Positions 40,370-51,150 of a stretch of 64,000 nucleotides of DNA are shown piece by piece. The position numbers and the translations under genes were made by a program. How positions within the stretch are numbered: position 1 is the first letter of the stretch; every line of letters starts with the position of its first letter. The stretch is from an uncultured virus (IMG/VR IMGVR_UViG_3300032167_007731). Its lineage: Duplodnaviria; Heunggongvirae; Uroviricota; Caudoviricetes. Below the pieces are notes generated by a model, which did no database searches, was not told the origin of the DNA, and was given only the letters and a program-made list of their open reading frames with translations. The stretch lies in the IMG/VR virus record IMGVR_UViG_3300032167_007731. One strand, written 5' to 3'.

Positions 40370-41956
40370 TTATGCTTTTGGACCTGCATTTACTATATTT
40401 TCAGGCATATTTGGATATTTCTTTGCAAAATTATCTACAAATTTACTTGCTAATAATTTTGCTGCCTTTTCATACTCTTCTTTATTTTCCCAAACATCTC
40501 TTGGATTTAATATCTCTTCTGGAACACCATTACAATATGTAGGTATATTTACATTAAATATTGGGTCTTTTATATACTCTATATCATTTAAATTACCTGC
40601 AATTGCTTCTGCAACCATTGTTCTTGTATATTTTAATTTCATACGAGGTACTGTACCCGCTGCACCACCACACCATCCTGTATTTACTAAAAATACATTT
40701 GCACCTGTTTCTTCTAATTTTTTACCTAACATTTCTGCATAAACAGATGCATCTAATGGGAAAAATGGAGCACCAAATAAAGTTGAAAAAGTTGTAACAG
40801 GTTCAGTAATTCCTCTTTCTGTTCCTGCTAACTTACTTGTATAACCTGATACAAAATGATACATAGCAGCATCTTTATCTAATTTTGAAATTGGTGGTAA
40901 AACACCAAAAGCATCAGCAGTTAAAAATATTATAGTATTAGGTATATTACCTAAACCTGACAATTTTGCATTTGGAATATACTCAATAGGATAACCTGCT
41001 CTTGTATTTTCTGTTAAACTACCATCTTCATAATCTGGTTTTCTACCATTATCAATATCTATAATAACATTCTCTAAAAGAGTACCAAATTTTATAGCAT
41101 TATAAATTTCAGGTTCATTTTCTTCTTTCAAACCTATACATTTAGCATAACATCCACCCTCTATATTAAAGACACCATCTGGAGACCAACCATGTTCATC
41201 ATCACCTATTAAATATTTTGATTTATCAGCAGATAATGTTGTTTTACCTGTACCTGACAATCCAAAGAATACAGTAGTATTACCATCCTTATCTATATTA
41301 GCAGAACAATGCATAGGTAATACATTTTCAAAAGGTAACTCATAATTCATAACTGAGAATACACTCTTTTTTATTTCACCTGCATACTGACTTCCTGCTA
41401 TTAAAACTTCTTTTGTTTCATAATTTATAATTATTGCTGCTTCACTATTAACACCATCTACTTCTGGAATACATTTAAACCCTGGTGCTGCATAAATAAC
41501 ATAATCAGGTTTATAATCTTCTAATTCTACTTCAGTAGGTCTTATTAACAACTGATGTATAAATAAATTCTGTGACGCCAACTCATTTACAATTCTAAAT
41601 TTCTTTGTATACATTCTATTAGCACCTGCTAATCCATCAAATACATACAATTTCTTATTTTGTAAATAAGCTAACATTTTAGACTTAATATTATTAAATT
41701 TTTCTTCTGAAATAGCAACATTTATTTTACCCCAATTAATTTTATCATGAACAGTAGGAGTATCTACAATAAATTTATCATCTGGACTTCTACCTGTATA
41801 TTTTCCTGTTTCTACAACAAGAGCGCCTTTATCTGACAAAATACCCTCACCATTCTTTAATGCTTCCTCTACAAGAAATGCTACTGAACCATTAAGGATA
41901 ACTTTACCATTTCCTGCAATACCTAATGCCATAGGTGTTAAACTTCTTTTAGCCAT
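40370..41956 (-). CDS. pckA: Phosphoenolpyruvate carboxykinase (ATP)
   Basis: TGRSPDDK, YAGEIKK, MHCSAN, FFGLSGTGKTTLS, IGDDEHGW, EGGCYAK, TENTR, LVNTGW. Confidence 0.97.
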   Translation of the reverse strand: MAKRSLTPMALGIAGNGKVILNGSVAFLVEEALKNGEGILSDKGALVVETGKYTGRSPDDKFIVDTPTVHDKINWGKINVAISEEKFNNIKSKMLAYLQNKKLYVFDGLAGANRMYTKKFRIVNELASQNLFIHQLLIRPTEVELEDYKPDYVIYAAPGFKCIPEVDGVNSEAAIIINYETKEVLIAGSQYAGEIKKSVFSVMNYELPFENVLPMHCSANIDKDGNTTVFFGLSGTGKTTLSADKSKYLIGDDEHGWSPDGVFNIEGGCYAKCIGLKEENEPEIYNAIKFGTLLENVIIDIDNGRKPDYEDGSLTENTRAGYPIEYIPNAKLSGLGNIPNTIIFLTADAFGVLPPISKLDKDAAMYHFVSGYTSKLAGTERGITEPVTTFSTLFGAPFFPLDASVYAEMLGKKLEETGANVFLVNTGWCGGAAGTVPRMKLKYTRTMVAEAIAGNLNDIEYIKDPIFNVNIPTYCNGVPEEILNPRDVWENKEEYEKAAKLLASKFVDNFAKKYPNMPENIVNAGPKA

Positions 41957-42006
41957 ATCTAACTTTTCCTCCTTAAAATATTACTTATATTACAATGCTT
42001 TACACA

Positions 42007-43998
42007 TTACTTACTTATATTAATAATATGCTCTACATTATATTTACTTAATTCTTGTCTATATTTTATTGAATACCCTAATTTCTCCAAATCTCTTACT
42101 TTCAAATATTCTGTTTCATCATCTATATAATACCCTAATAATACTTCTTTTTCCATACCATTATTATATAATATAGATACAAAATATTTTACACCCTCTA
42201 CTTCTTTTTCAGTTAATTTTAAATTATAACACGCTTCTATATAATCTGCATTTATATAGAAAGAACCATCTACAAATGTATAATTAACTGAATAATCTGT
42301 TGTTGTAGTATTATCAAAATGGACTGACTCTACAAAACACCAATTATACAATTCTTCTTCAAAATCACTATACATTATTTCTAAAGTAGTAATAGGACAC
42401 ATTATATTCTCAACTGTATCAATCATGTAATCTACTTTTTCTATATCACATTTTTTATCCATTTCAGTTGTTATAAACTTATTTTCTTTACTATCTATTG
42501 TATAGTTATTAGAACAATTTAATAAATTATAGTCCTTATAAACAATATTAATTTCTTCTATACAATTTATAACACCTGCTAATAAATCAATATTATTATT
42601 ACTCTTATAATCTGAACCTTTTGTTTTATTTTTTAATACATTTATTAAAGCAAAAATTTCAAATATTTCTTCCTCAAAAACTTCCTCATAAAGATATTCT
42701 TCTACTTTATTATAATTATATCTATAATAGGGCATACAATCTACTGATATATCATTATGTTTATACACTTCATATTCTTTCTTTTCAAGTTCTTTTACTT
42801 TCACAAAAAGAGTTTCTAAATCTTTAAGCATATAATCATTTTCAGATGAATTATTCAAAGCATTTAATATAATAAATATCTTACATTTTATATCAAAATC
42901 TAAACCTACTTTTTCATATTCATCTAATACAAAAGATTCTGTAAACATTTTAATTAGTTCTTCTCTTGAATAACCATCTGCTTCTGGTGTTTTTATCATT
43001 ATATCTACATATAGTTCAACTATTGAATCAAATATACTATTATATATTTCATCATAATTTTTATACCCATATATTAAGATATCCTCAAATAAATTCTCAA
43101 CATTTTCATAAGTTATTTTTATATCTTTATCATTTTTTATATACCCTTCTAAATCAAAGTCATCAAATATTTTTAATATATCATTGGTAAACTTTTCAAA
43201 ACTTTCTTTATTTTCTTTTATTAATTCTAAATCTTCTATATCAGAGCTATCAAATTTAATTTCTAAATATTCTATATCTATTAATTGTTCTGCTAATAAG
43301 TTACGATATTCAATAGTTGTAAAATCATTAGAAATACCACTTTCTTTTTGTAATTTACTTGCTATATCATACATTGTTAATACTATATTTGAATTAATTA
43401 GTAAGGCATTTTCATCTATGACAAATTCAATTGGAATAACAATATTATTATGTATATCATCTGATAATATATAAATAGTCAATCTTACTTCTGTATTTAT
43501 TTTCTCAGGTAAATATGTATAAATATCATAGACAATTTTCATTGATTTATATTCTAAATCCCTTAAATTTTCATAAGCATAAGGATATGCCATATAAAAA
43601 TCTTCTAATTCATAATACATCTCTTCTTTTAATTCTTCATAAATTTCTTTTTCTGATAAATCATCAGCATAATATTTAAAACCATCTTGAATAAACTTAT
43701 TACTAATTAATTCATTAGTTAATAAATCAACTATACCATTTTCTGAATCTTTATATAATTGTTCTTCCTGATAATAAAAATCTAATGGTCCATCATAGAA
43801 AAACTTTTCAATATGCTCTTCCTTATTACCTGCCAAATCTAATAATGCTTTACCTAAATTTTCATTATTTAATTCTAATACAAATTCACCTTTTATATGC
43901 TTACAATCTACATTTACATCTTCTGCAAATATCACACTACTAAAACACATAATTATACTCAAAAATAATGAAACTACACGACTAAATTTCTTATTCAT
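42007..43998 (-). CDS. Acidic exported hypothetical protein
   Basis: Signal peptide …SSVIFA. The C-terminus loosely resembles copper-amine-oxidase N-domain surface proteins (YLKVRDL). Confidence 0.5.
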   Translation of the reverse strand: MNKKFSRVVSLFLSIIMCFSSVIFAEDVNVDCKHIKGEFVLELNNENLGKALLDLAGNKEEHIEKFFYDGPLDFYYQEEQLYKDSENGIVDLLTNELISNKFIQDGFKYYADDLSEKEIYEELKEEMYYELEDFYMAYPYAYENLRDLEYKSMKIVYDIYTYLPEKINTEVRLTIYILSDDIHNNIVIPIEFVIDENALLINSNIVLTMYDIASKLQKESGISNDFTTIEYRNLLAEQLIDIEYLEIKFDSSDIEDLELIKENKESFEKFTNDILKIFDDFDLEGYIKNDKDIKITYENVENLFEDILIYGYKNYDEIYNSIFDSIVELYVDIMIKTPEADGYSREELIKMFTESFVLDEYEKVGLDFDIKCKIFIILNALNNSSENDYMLKDLETLFVKVKELEKKEYEVYKHNDISVDCMPYYRYNYNKVEEYLYEEVFEEEIFEIFALINVLKNKTKGSDYKSNNNIDLLAGVINCIEEINIVYKDYNLLNCSNNYTIDSKENKFITTEMDKKCDIEKVDYMIDTVENIMCPITTLEIMYSDFEEELYNWCFVESVHFDNTTTTDYSVNYTFVDGSFYINADYIEACYNLKLTEKEVEGVKYFVSILYNNGMEKEVLLGYYIDDETEYLKVRDLEKLGYSIKYRQELSKYNVEHIINISK

Positions 43999-44023
43999 AA
44001 AAACGCCTCCTATAAGCTATTTT

Positions 44024-44050
44024 AGGGCATACAATATAGTTGTATGCCCT
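44024..44050. terminator. Inverted repeat, probable terminator
   Basis: agggcatacaa-tatag-ttgtatgccct. Confidence 0.55.
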
Positions 44051-44055
44051 TTTCA

Positions 44056-46422
44056 TTACCAATTCTTCACAAAATAACAACCATATCTTTCATATAACTT
44101 CATACATTTTACAAGATAAGCAGAAATTCTTGTCTTATCACTCTTTATTAAAGAACTAAACTTACCATCCTGACAATATGTTCTTACATCTAACCCAAAA
44201 TTCTTACAAATCATATAAGTTACACCTTCAATGTATAATTTTTCTTCACTTGAAGGTAATTTCAAATTATGTTTAAATAATAAAGTTATTTCACTTTCAA
44301 TAATACCCTCTAATTGTTTTCTATATTCTGCACTTTTGGGTATTATAATAGAATGATTTCTCTTATCAAACAACCAACTCTTACTACAACCCATTCCCTT
44401 TCCCTCTGGTATTACACCTAATTGGAACTTATAAATCTGTTCTGCATGTTTCAATAAATTACCTTTTACACAGTCTATAACATTATCAAGATTTTGAGGA
44501 TAATTTATTTTCTGTGTTCCTAATGCCACATAATCATTTAGCCTCTTTCTTAAATCTTTTAATTCATTTACATTAGAACAATCTGTAATATCTTTAACTT
44601 TATCTCTCATTTGATTCTTAGAATCATATTCTTTTTTAACTTCTTCATATTTAGCAACTTCTTTATTACGAGCGTCTTCTAAATCTGCTTTCATTTTCTG
44701 AACTTCTGCTATACCATTTCTTTCTATTTCTACTAAAATAGAAACCAATTCATCATAATTAAAGGTATTAACTTGTTTATGTTCTACTTCTTCTCTTATT
44801 GTTTTTATCTCAAAAACAATATCATCTGATGAATAAAGTGGTGCTAAAACATATTTAATATAACTATTATTAAATTCTATTTTATACTTATTTTTATTTA
44901 CATGAATAGTACTTTCATTAAAAGAAACCTTTAATTTATTTGTTTTACACAATTCCTTAAAATATGTTAATTTAAATTTCTCATTACCTTTACAATAAGT
45001 AAGTAATTCTTTTATTAAATCTTTATAATCTAATTCATTGTCCCACCAATAACCATTCTTTGTATCACCATTTGGTCCTGTATAAATATTTATACAATGA
45101 TTTGATTGAGTTGGGTTATTATAACTACTTACTTTTATACATTGTAAATTACTATCCTTAAAAGGTATATAATAAATTTTCCTATCAGTATAATAACTTA
45201 CATTTGAACTATCAACAAGTAAACCCATCTCTTTACTTAATTTCTTAAACAAAGTTAATTTAAATTTTCCACTATCTTCTGATAATACTTTATCTATATT
45301 ATCTTTATCTTTCATACTATTTACTTCTTGTTTATCAATATTATCCTTATTTTTTTCTATATTATTTTCAATCTTTATATTACCTTTTTCTTCTATTCTT
45401 TTATTTTTTGTGAAGTCATACTCATAAGTATTTATTACAGAAATTAAATAATTATGCATTGCTTCTAGCATATAACCTTTTTCTTCTTCTGAAGGATAAA
45501 CTATGGTTTTACTTGATGGGTCTCCATGTAAATAATTATTACTAATATCCTTTTCTTTACCCTTTTCTATCACATAACATTCAAAAATCAAAGATAAAAT
45601 TCTTAAATCATCATCTGCCAAAAAGAAATCTTTTAATTTCTTCATATAATCTGTTTCTACCTCTACTGTTTGAGGTGCCTCATATAATAAACTTCTATTT
45701 ACCTCATTTATATTATCAAAACAATTTCTTAATTTCTCTTTTAATTCACCTAATTGAACGCCATATTTTTCAATATATTCACTTACCGCAGACATCATTT
45801 TATCAAAAGCATCTGTATTTAACTCTCTCTTAAATCTTATTATTGTATCTTCAACAGATGCAACTTCTTCAATAGTTTCCTGAGAAAGAATAGGGATATT
45901 TTCTAATAATTCATATAATTCATTTAAAGCATTTTCCATTTCAGGTGCATCATAATAATTAGATAAAACTTTTTTTACCTTTACTGCTTTTAATAAAGCA
46001 AATAATTCAGGAACTTCACTTTCATCTAAACTATTTATATTCTTTACTAAACCACCGTCATATCCTTTAAAATTACCTATACTTCTATCTAATGCTCTAA
46101 ACCAATTAATTGCATATTGATTAAAAGAATCAAAAACCAAACCATTAGGTATCTTTTTATTTTCACTAAAATACATACCTAAACCCTCTCCATCTTTACC
46201 TAATAAAGACATAAATAGAGGTTGAAAACCTAATATTTCACTTAAATCTAATAAACCATCATAAGCATTATTTAATACTTTAACTTTATCTGAACCTATA
46301 AAACCACTTGTAAACTTAACTGACTTAAAACCTAAATCTTCACAAAACTTTTTACTATTTACATTTCCAGAACGATGTTTTTTACCATGTCTGTAGTTTC
46401 TAACATCAGCCATTATTATCAC
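44056..46422 (-). CDS. Polyvalent protein: LPD1-like N-domain, tandem internal repeat, ArdC/MPTase-like C-domain (both zincin motifs degenerate)
   Basis: LGFKSVKF…LNNAYDGLLDLSEILG…INWFRALD; C-terminal IEGVTYMICKNFGLD; two KFKLT(L/Y)FK repeats. Confidence 0.6.
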   Translation of the reverse strand: MIIMADVRNYRHGKKHRSGNVNSKKFCEDLGFKSVKFTSGFIGSDKVKVLNNAYDGLLDLSEILGFQPLFMSLLGKDGEGLGMYFSENKKIPNGLVFDSFNQYAINWFRALDRSIGNFKGYDGGLVKNINSLDESEVPELFALLKAVKVKKVLSNYYDAPEMENALNELYELLENIPILSQETIEEVASVEDTIIRFKRELNTDAFDKMMSAVSEYIEKYGVQLGELKEKLRNCFDNINEVNRSLLYEAPQTVEVETDYMKKLKDFFLADDDLRILSLIFECYVIEKGKEKDISNNYLHGDPSSKTIVYPSEEEKGYMLEAMHNYLISVINTYEYDFTKNKRIEEKGNIKIENNIEKNKDNIDKQEVNSMKDKDNIDKVLSEDSGKFKLTLFKKLSKEMGLLVDSSNVSYYTDRKIYYIPFKDSNLQCIKVSSYNNPTQSNHCINIYTGPNGDTKNGYWWDNELDYKDLIKELLTYCKGNEKFKLTYFKELCKTNKLKVSFNESTIHVNKNKYKIEFNNSYIKYVLAPLYSSDDIVFEIKTIREEVEHKQVNTFNYDELVSILVEIERNGIAEVQKMKADLEDARNKEVAKYEEVKKEYDSKNQMRDKVKDITDCSNVNELKDLRKRLNDYVALGTQKINYPQNLDNVIDCVKGNLLKHAEQIYKFQLGVIPEGKGMGCSKSWLFDKRNHSIIIPKSAEYRKQLEGIIESEITLLFKHNLKLPSSEEKLYIEGVTYMICKNFGLDVRTYCQDGKFSSLIKSDKTRISAYLVKCMKLYERYGCYFVKNW

Positions 46423-46424
46423 CT

Positions 46425-47252
46425 CTAATTAGTTTTTATTTTCAATTCTTCAAATAACTGCAATTCTTTTAACATATCAGGTCTATGTTGATAATCTTCC
46501 TCATTTATCTCTGTAACTAAATTTACTTTATTCAATTTAATTCCTTTTTTCTTTAAGTATTCTAAATCTTTTTTCAAATTATCTAAACTATCATGAACAC
46601 GACCATGAGTTCTTTCTTTATCTCTATATCCATCATTATCTACTGTCATTGAAAAATGGATATTTTTTATTCTTTTCTTCTGTTCTTTACTTAATTCAAA
46701 ATCACACTGCATATAACTTTCTGACGCTTGTAAATGACAAATATCTAAACACATAGATAATTTATCACTTTTTACAGAATCTAAAATTCTTACTACAGTA
46801 TCCTTTTCATAACTACTAATACAAGTATCAAAAAGAGAATTTTCTATTAAAAAACCTACTTTTGTATCTCGTACTAAATAAGTAATATATTTCAAAAATT
46901 CTATTCCACCAATATCTTCAAATGCTGTATAATTCATTCTACCATGAAATAAAATATCAATATATAAATCCCTATTCTGAGTAAACTTAATACATTCTAC
47001 TATCAATTTAATAAATTGAACTTCATATCTATAACAACTATGTAAAAACCCAATATCTACATATCTTTCAGGTAAATGTAAAGTTATATATTTTAAGTTA
47101 GGTAATTTTGATATTATATACTTTACACTTTCAAAACCAACCATATAATTCTCATGTAATAGTTGAATTTCTAATTTATCATTTATATATTTTAAAAATT
47201 CTTGTTCACCAATATATTGATTTTCATCTATTTTTGGCATTATATTCAGCAT
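46425..47252 (-). CDS. AP-endonuclease-2 / xylose-isomerase-like TIM barrel protein
   Basis: TLHLP, LFHG, LIENS, CLDICHL, NIHFS, THG, VTEI metal-ligand pattern. Confidence 0.65.
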   Translation of the reverse strand: MLNIMPKIDENQYIGEQEFLKYINDKLEIQLLHENYMVGFESVKYIISKLPNLKYITLHLPERYVDIGFLHSCYRYEVQFIKLIVECIKFTQNRDLYIDILFHGRMNYTAFEDIGGIEFLKYITYLVRDTKVGFLIENSLFDTCISSYEKDTVVRILDSVKSDKLSMCLDICHLQASESYMQCDFELSKEQKKRIKNIHFSMTVDNDGYRDKERTHGRVHDSLDNLKKDLEYLKKKGIKLNKVNLVTEINEEDYQHRPDMLKELQLFEELKIKTN

Positions 47253-47272
47253 TTATTTAACCCCTTTTCTAT

Positions 47273-47629
47273 TTATAAATATAAATCTAATGTTTGCATA
47301 AAATTGACTACAATATATCTAAAACCATTCATCTCATAATACTGTTCTAATCGATTTCTTATCATAGATTCTTGTTTATCCCTATAATCTACTTCTTCAT
47401 AATAAGACATTGCCTCTCTATAAACATTATCTATTAAATCATTATATTTCAAAGTTCCTTCTTCTTCTGAAATTTTTTCTTTTGTTCTTAATATTTCTAA
47501 TTCTCTTATACCCCTTTTTAGATAAGTATAATTATCTTCAGCTTTTTGTCTATTATCAAAAACAAATAAACCATGAATTCCATTATGCATATTACGAAAA
47601 TCTATACAATAATATTGTTTTTTAGCCAT
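47273..47629 (-). CDS. Hypothetical protein
   Basis: 118 aa, coupled to the upstream gene. Confidence 0.55.
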   Translation of the reverse strand: MAKKQYYCIDFRNMHNGIHGLFVFDNRQKAEDNYTYLKRGIRELEILRTKEKISEEEGTLKYNDLIDNVYREAMSYYEEVDYRDKQESMIRNRLEQYYEMNGFRYIVVNFMQTLDLYL

Positions 47630-48798
47630 CAGTTAAACCCCCTTAAATCCTCATAATCTTTTACAGTAGTACTCTTTATATGTTTCTTAAATAATTTAGC
47701 CATTCCACACTTATGACCTAATTCAGATTCATCTGTTAAATGTAATTCATACATAGGATATAAATGCTTATCTAATTCTTTTATCATTAAAGTTGCTATA
47801 CCTTTTTTTCTACAATTTATAAGAACATCTATATAAGAAACAGATTGCTCTTGTCCCCACAGACCATATTTCATTATTCCTACTATTTGACCTTTATATA
47901 ATGCAACCAAGTAATCTTTCGTAGGTTCTCCACTAAACACATCTCTTACTGTAAAATAATGAAACCCAACAACTGAAGCCATATTACTATCATTTATCCA
48001 ATTACCACTAAAATTTCCTGTTTCATATTTCTCTAAATATTTTCTAACATCAGGAGTTTTCCATCTTTTCACCACTACTTGTCGTATGTCAAGTTGTTTT
48101 GGAAAATATTTTTCTTCTATTTTTTCTTTCAATATATTTTCATTATATTTAGTTATATAAGCAGAACTATGTAAAACATACTTATACCCTTTTACAAAAT
48201 TGCTATCAAAATTCAAAAACTTAAACCCATTCAAATTACCATCAGGTAAATATTCAAAACTAAACACACTATCCCTTATTACATCTGATATAATATGACA
48301 GAACTTTAATAATAAATCATAATTTTCATAGTGTATATTATAAATAAAAGGTATTCCAAAAGTGTCTGTAGCTATAACAAAAACACTCTCTATTTTATTT
48401 CCTTTATATCCTATAATATAGTTTTTATACTCTTTTGGTTCTATTTTTGATAAATAAGACTCAAAATCCAAAAGTGCATAATCCTCAGGCATATAACAAT
48501 CATAACCTTGCTCTTTTTCATATTCATTTATAAAATTACGCAAATGTTTCTTTAATCTTATAATATTCTTATTATCCATCTTTTCTACACGCAATTCAGG
48601 TTTTACAAACACTATATTATTTTTTATAACCTTTGCATTTTCCACATTTCCTAATGATATTTCTTTTACTAAATCTGAAAACACCATCCAACCTTTATTA
48701 TCATCTTTTTCAACAAAATATAATTTTTTATGACTATTTGGAGTTAATTTCATTTGAAATTCACCATTTTTATTTAAGCATACACGCATTTGTATCAC
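47629..48798 (-). CDS. Protein with C-terminal GNAT acetyltransferase domain
   Basis: YLVALYKGQIVG…VSYIDVLINCRKKGIATLMIKEL (motif A). Confidence 0.65.
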   Translation of the reverse strand: MIQMRVCLNKNGEFQMKLTPNSHKKLYFVEKDDNKGWMVFSDLVKEISLGNVENAKVIKNNIVFVKPELRVEKMDNKNIIRLKKHLRNFINEYEKEQGYDCYMPEDYALLDFESYLSKIEPKEYKNYIIGYKGNKIESVFVIATDTFGIPFIYNIHYENYDLLLKFCHIISDVIRDSVFSFEYLPDGNLNGFKFLNFDSNFVKGYKYVLHSSAYITKYNENILKEKIEEKYFPKQLDIRQVVVKRWKTPDVRKYLEKYETGNFSGNWINDSNMASVVGFHYFTVRDVFSGEPTKDYLVALYKGQIVGIMKYGLWGQEQSVSYIDVLINCRKKGIATLMIKELDKHLYPMYELHLTDESELGHKCGMAKLFKKHIKSTTVKDYEDLRGFN

Positions 48799-49111
48799 CC
48801 CTTCAAAAATAAAATAAATTTATATGTTTACTTTTATGCATTTTAGTCTTCTATTTTTGTATGCCTTATTTTTTTATTCCTTTAAAAATAAACTTTATTT
48901 ATTTTTGATTATTACTTTATGGTATAAATTATTTAAGATTTAAAAATTATAAAAATATTTTTATTTAATGTATATAAAACCTTGACATTACAACAAAATT
49001 GTAATTAAAAATAATAAACTGCTTTATTTGTTGTTATATCAATAAATAAAATACTTTTTCAAAAATTTAAATATTTTTATAAAAAAATAGGAAGACAAAA
49101 GTCCTCCATAT

Positions 49112-49702
49112 TTACACAGCAAAACAATTTTCTATTCTACCTACTATTAAAGGACATTTTCTAACTTCTTTATTTAATTGATTAGGTAAATATCTTGAAG
49201 TACTTTTTTTAAACTTCATAATTTCTGATTTCTCTAATAACTTTGCCACAAATTGAGAACAAAAATATCTATTCTCCATTTTTATAGGTACACTTATCAT
49301 ACAAGAAAATAAACCTAACCAATTATATTTAAGTTTTTTCTTTTTATTTTTTCTTTCTAAATCCTTAATAGCCTTACACAATTTTTTATATTGTCTATGT
49401 GTTACTTCTAATATATATTTTATACAATTCTTTGTTCTATTTAAATGCTTTTTGGGATACTCTTTTCTAAACCCCTTTGTATTAAAAGCATAATAATAAT
49501 CACTATCATCTATACTTATAGAAACATGAGTATAACCAAAACCACTAGTTAAAGCAACAACACGAGAAGCTATATCAGTATATGTACTAAATAATATAGA
49601 AACTTTATGCTTTTTCTTTTTTGCTTCTCTTTTTAATTGTTTCTTACTTTTTCTTTCTTCAACATATTGACTTATACCAACTTTAATATCCTCTATATTC
49701 AT
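49112..49702 (-). CDS. Permuted NlpC/P60 papain-like protein (YiiX/YebB-like)
   Basis: GYTHVSISID…YNWLGL…YFCSQFVAKLL (His precedes Cys). Confidence 0.75.
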   Translation of the reverse strand: MNIEDIKVGISQYVEERKSKKQLKREAKKKKHKVSILFSTYTDIASRVVALTSGFGYTHVSISIDDSDYYYAFNTKGFRKEYPKKHLNRTKNCIKYILEVTHRQYKKLCKAIKDLERKNKKKKLKYNWLGLFSCMISVPIKMENRYFCSQFVAKLLEKSEIMKFKKSTSRYLPNQLNKEVRKCPLIVGRIENCFAV

Positions 49703-49717
49703 AATTATCCCCCTAAA

Positions 49718-50860
49718 TTACAAATATTTCTTAAAAGTATTTGGTAAATAACAATTACTTAATGAGGTATGAGAAAATAAATATCTATTTCCACACATAA
49801 ATCCCTGCTCATCCCAATCAACATTATTTAAGTCCTCTAATAATTCAGGTATTCTTTCCTTATTTATTTCAAACTTTGGAAATATACCAAATATTGAACC
49901 ATCATAATATTTACAATCATTATAGAAAAATGGATTTTTTCTACGAGTCCTATAATTTACATATACTCTTATTTCTTCACCCTCATAACAATTTCTACCC
50001 CACATATACCAATTACTTTCATCAAAATCTCTTATTTTTCTATCCATTAACTCCTGTTTATAAGGTAATAATTCTTCTGAATAACAATTATAAAACATAC
50101 GCCTTAATTTCCCTGTTGCTTGTGTTTCAGAATTTACAACCTCTATATTTCCATTTTCACTTGTAAAAATAGGTTGAGCAGCACTTGTACCACCTACTCT
50201 AACTATAAATAAATCTGAAAACTTTATACTATAATCTTGTTTTAAAAATAATAACTGACCACCAAGTTCTTTAAAAACACATTTATTACCATTATATGTA
50301 CTATTTCTATCAAAATTACCTAATTCAAATCTAAATACTACACAATTTGGTGTAGCTGTATCAAAATAAACACCATCTCCTAAATCTACTGCATCAGTTA
50401 TTGTTCCCTGAGTATATAACCATTTATTTAATTTTTTAGCTGAAGTACTCCTAAAAAACTCACGAGGTACTACAAATATCAATTCACCATTAGGTTTTAA
50501 ATGTTTTATACACTTTTCGATAAAAAATAAATACAAATTACTACGCTTATCGAACAATGTTAAATCAAGCTTTGATTTTGTTGTGTCTATAATATCTTGA
50601 TACCTTACATAAGGTGGATTACCTATTATAGTATCATATTTATTATCTAATCTATGACTAAAGAAATCAACATTCAGAACTAAACCTTTTTTATCTAATT
50701 TATTATCTATTTCTATACCTATACAATTAGGTATTCTTTCTAATATAGCACAATCACCACAGGATGGTTCTAATGTTTTTCCATTATTTTTCTTAAAACT
50801 CAATAACAAATCTACTAATTTCTCATTAGAAAAAACTTGCCCTAAATATTTTTTATCCAC
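49718..50860 (-). CDS. N6-adenine DNA methyltransferase (TaqI/Eco57I-like), orphan
   Basis: LGQVFS, LEPSCGD, IIGNPPYVRY, NLYLFFIEK. Confidence 0.85.
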   Translation of the reverse strand: MDKKYLGQVFSNEKLVDLLLSFKKNNGKTLEPSCGDCAILERIPNCIGIEIDNKLDKKGLVLNVDFFSHRLDNKYDTIIGNPPYVRYQDIIDTTKSKLDLTLFDKRSNLYLFFIEKCIKHLKPNGELIFVVPREFFRSTSAKKLNKWLYTQGTITDAVDLGDGVYFDTATPNCVVFRFELGNFDRNSTYNGNKCVFKELGGQLLFLKQDYSIKFSDLFIVRVGGTSAAQPIFTSENGNIEVVNSETQATGKLRRMFYNCYSEELLPYKQELMDRKIRDFDESNWYMWGRNCYEGEEIRVYVNYRTRRKNPFFYNDCKYYDGSIFGIFPKFEINKERIPELLEDLNNVDWDEQGFMCGNRYLFSHTSLSNCYLPNTFKKYL

Positions 50861-50880
50861 TTATATCACCACAATATGTA

Positions 50881-51150
50881 TTAATCTTTTAAAACATTTT
50901 CTAAACTTTCAAATACTTTTCTTGCAGGAGTACCATTATCTGTAACAGATGCATTATAAAGAATAGATTTTTTTGGTTCTCTTACTCCATATACAGCATC
51001 TATTAAATTTTTATCATAAATAGTATCCATATAATCAAGAATATTATCTTCTTTTTTCTTTTTGTTATATTTATTCATTTTTGCCATAAACACACCTACT
51101 TTGCTGTAAAAAACTGTACCTTTTTCACATCTTTTAGCCACAATATCCAA
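50881..51150 (-). CDS. Small hypothetical protein
   Basis: Likely start at MAKMNK after an AGGTG RBS. Confidence 0.45.
   Translation of the reverse strand: MDIVAKRCEKGTVFYSKVGVFMAKMNKYNKKKKEDNILDYMDTIYDKNLIDAVYGVREPKKSILYNASVTDNGTPARKVFESLENVLKD

Noticed and set aside
48800..49110. 310-bp AT-rich gap with a + strand TTGACA
   Set aside because: No properly spaced -10, ORF or convincing structure was found by eye.
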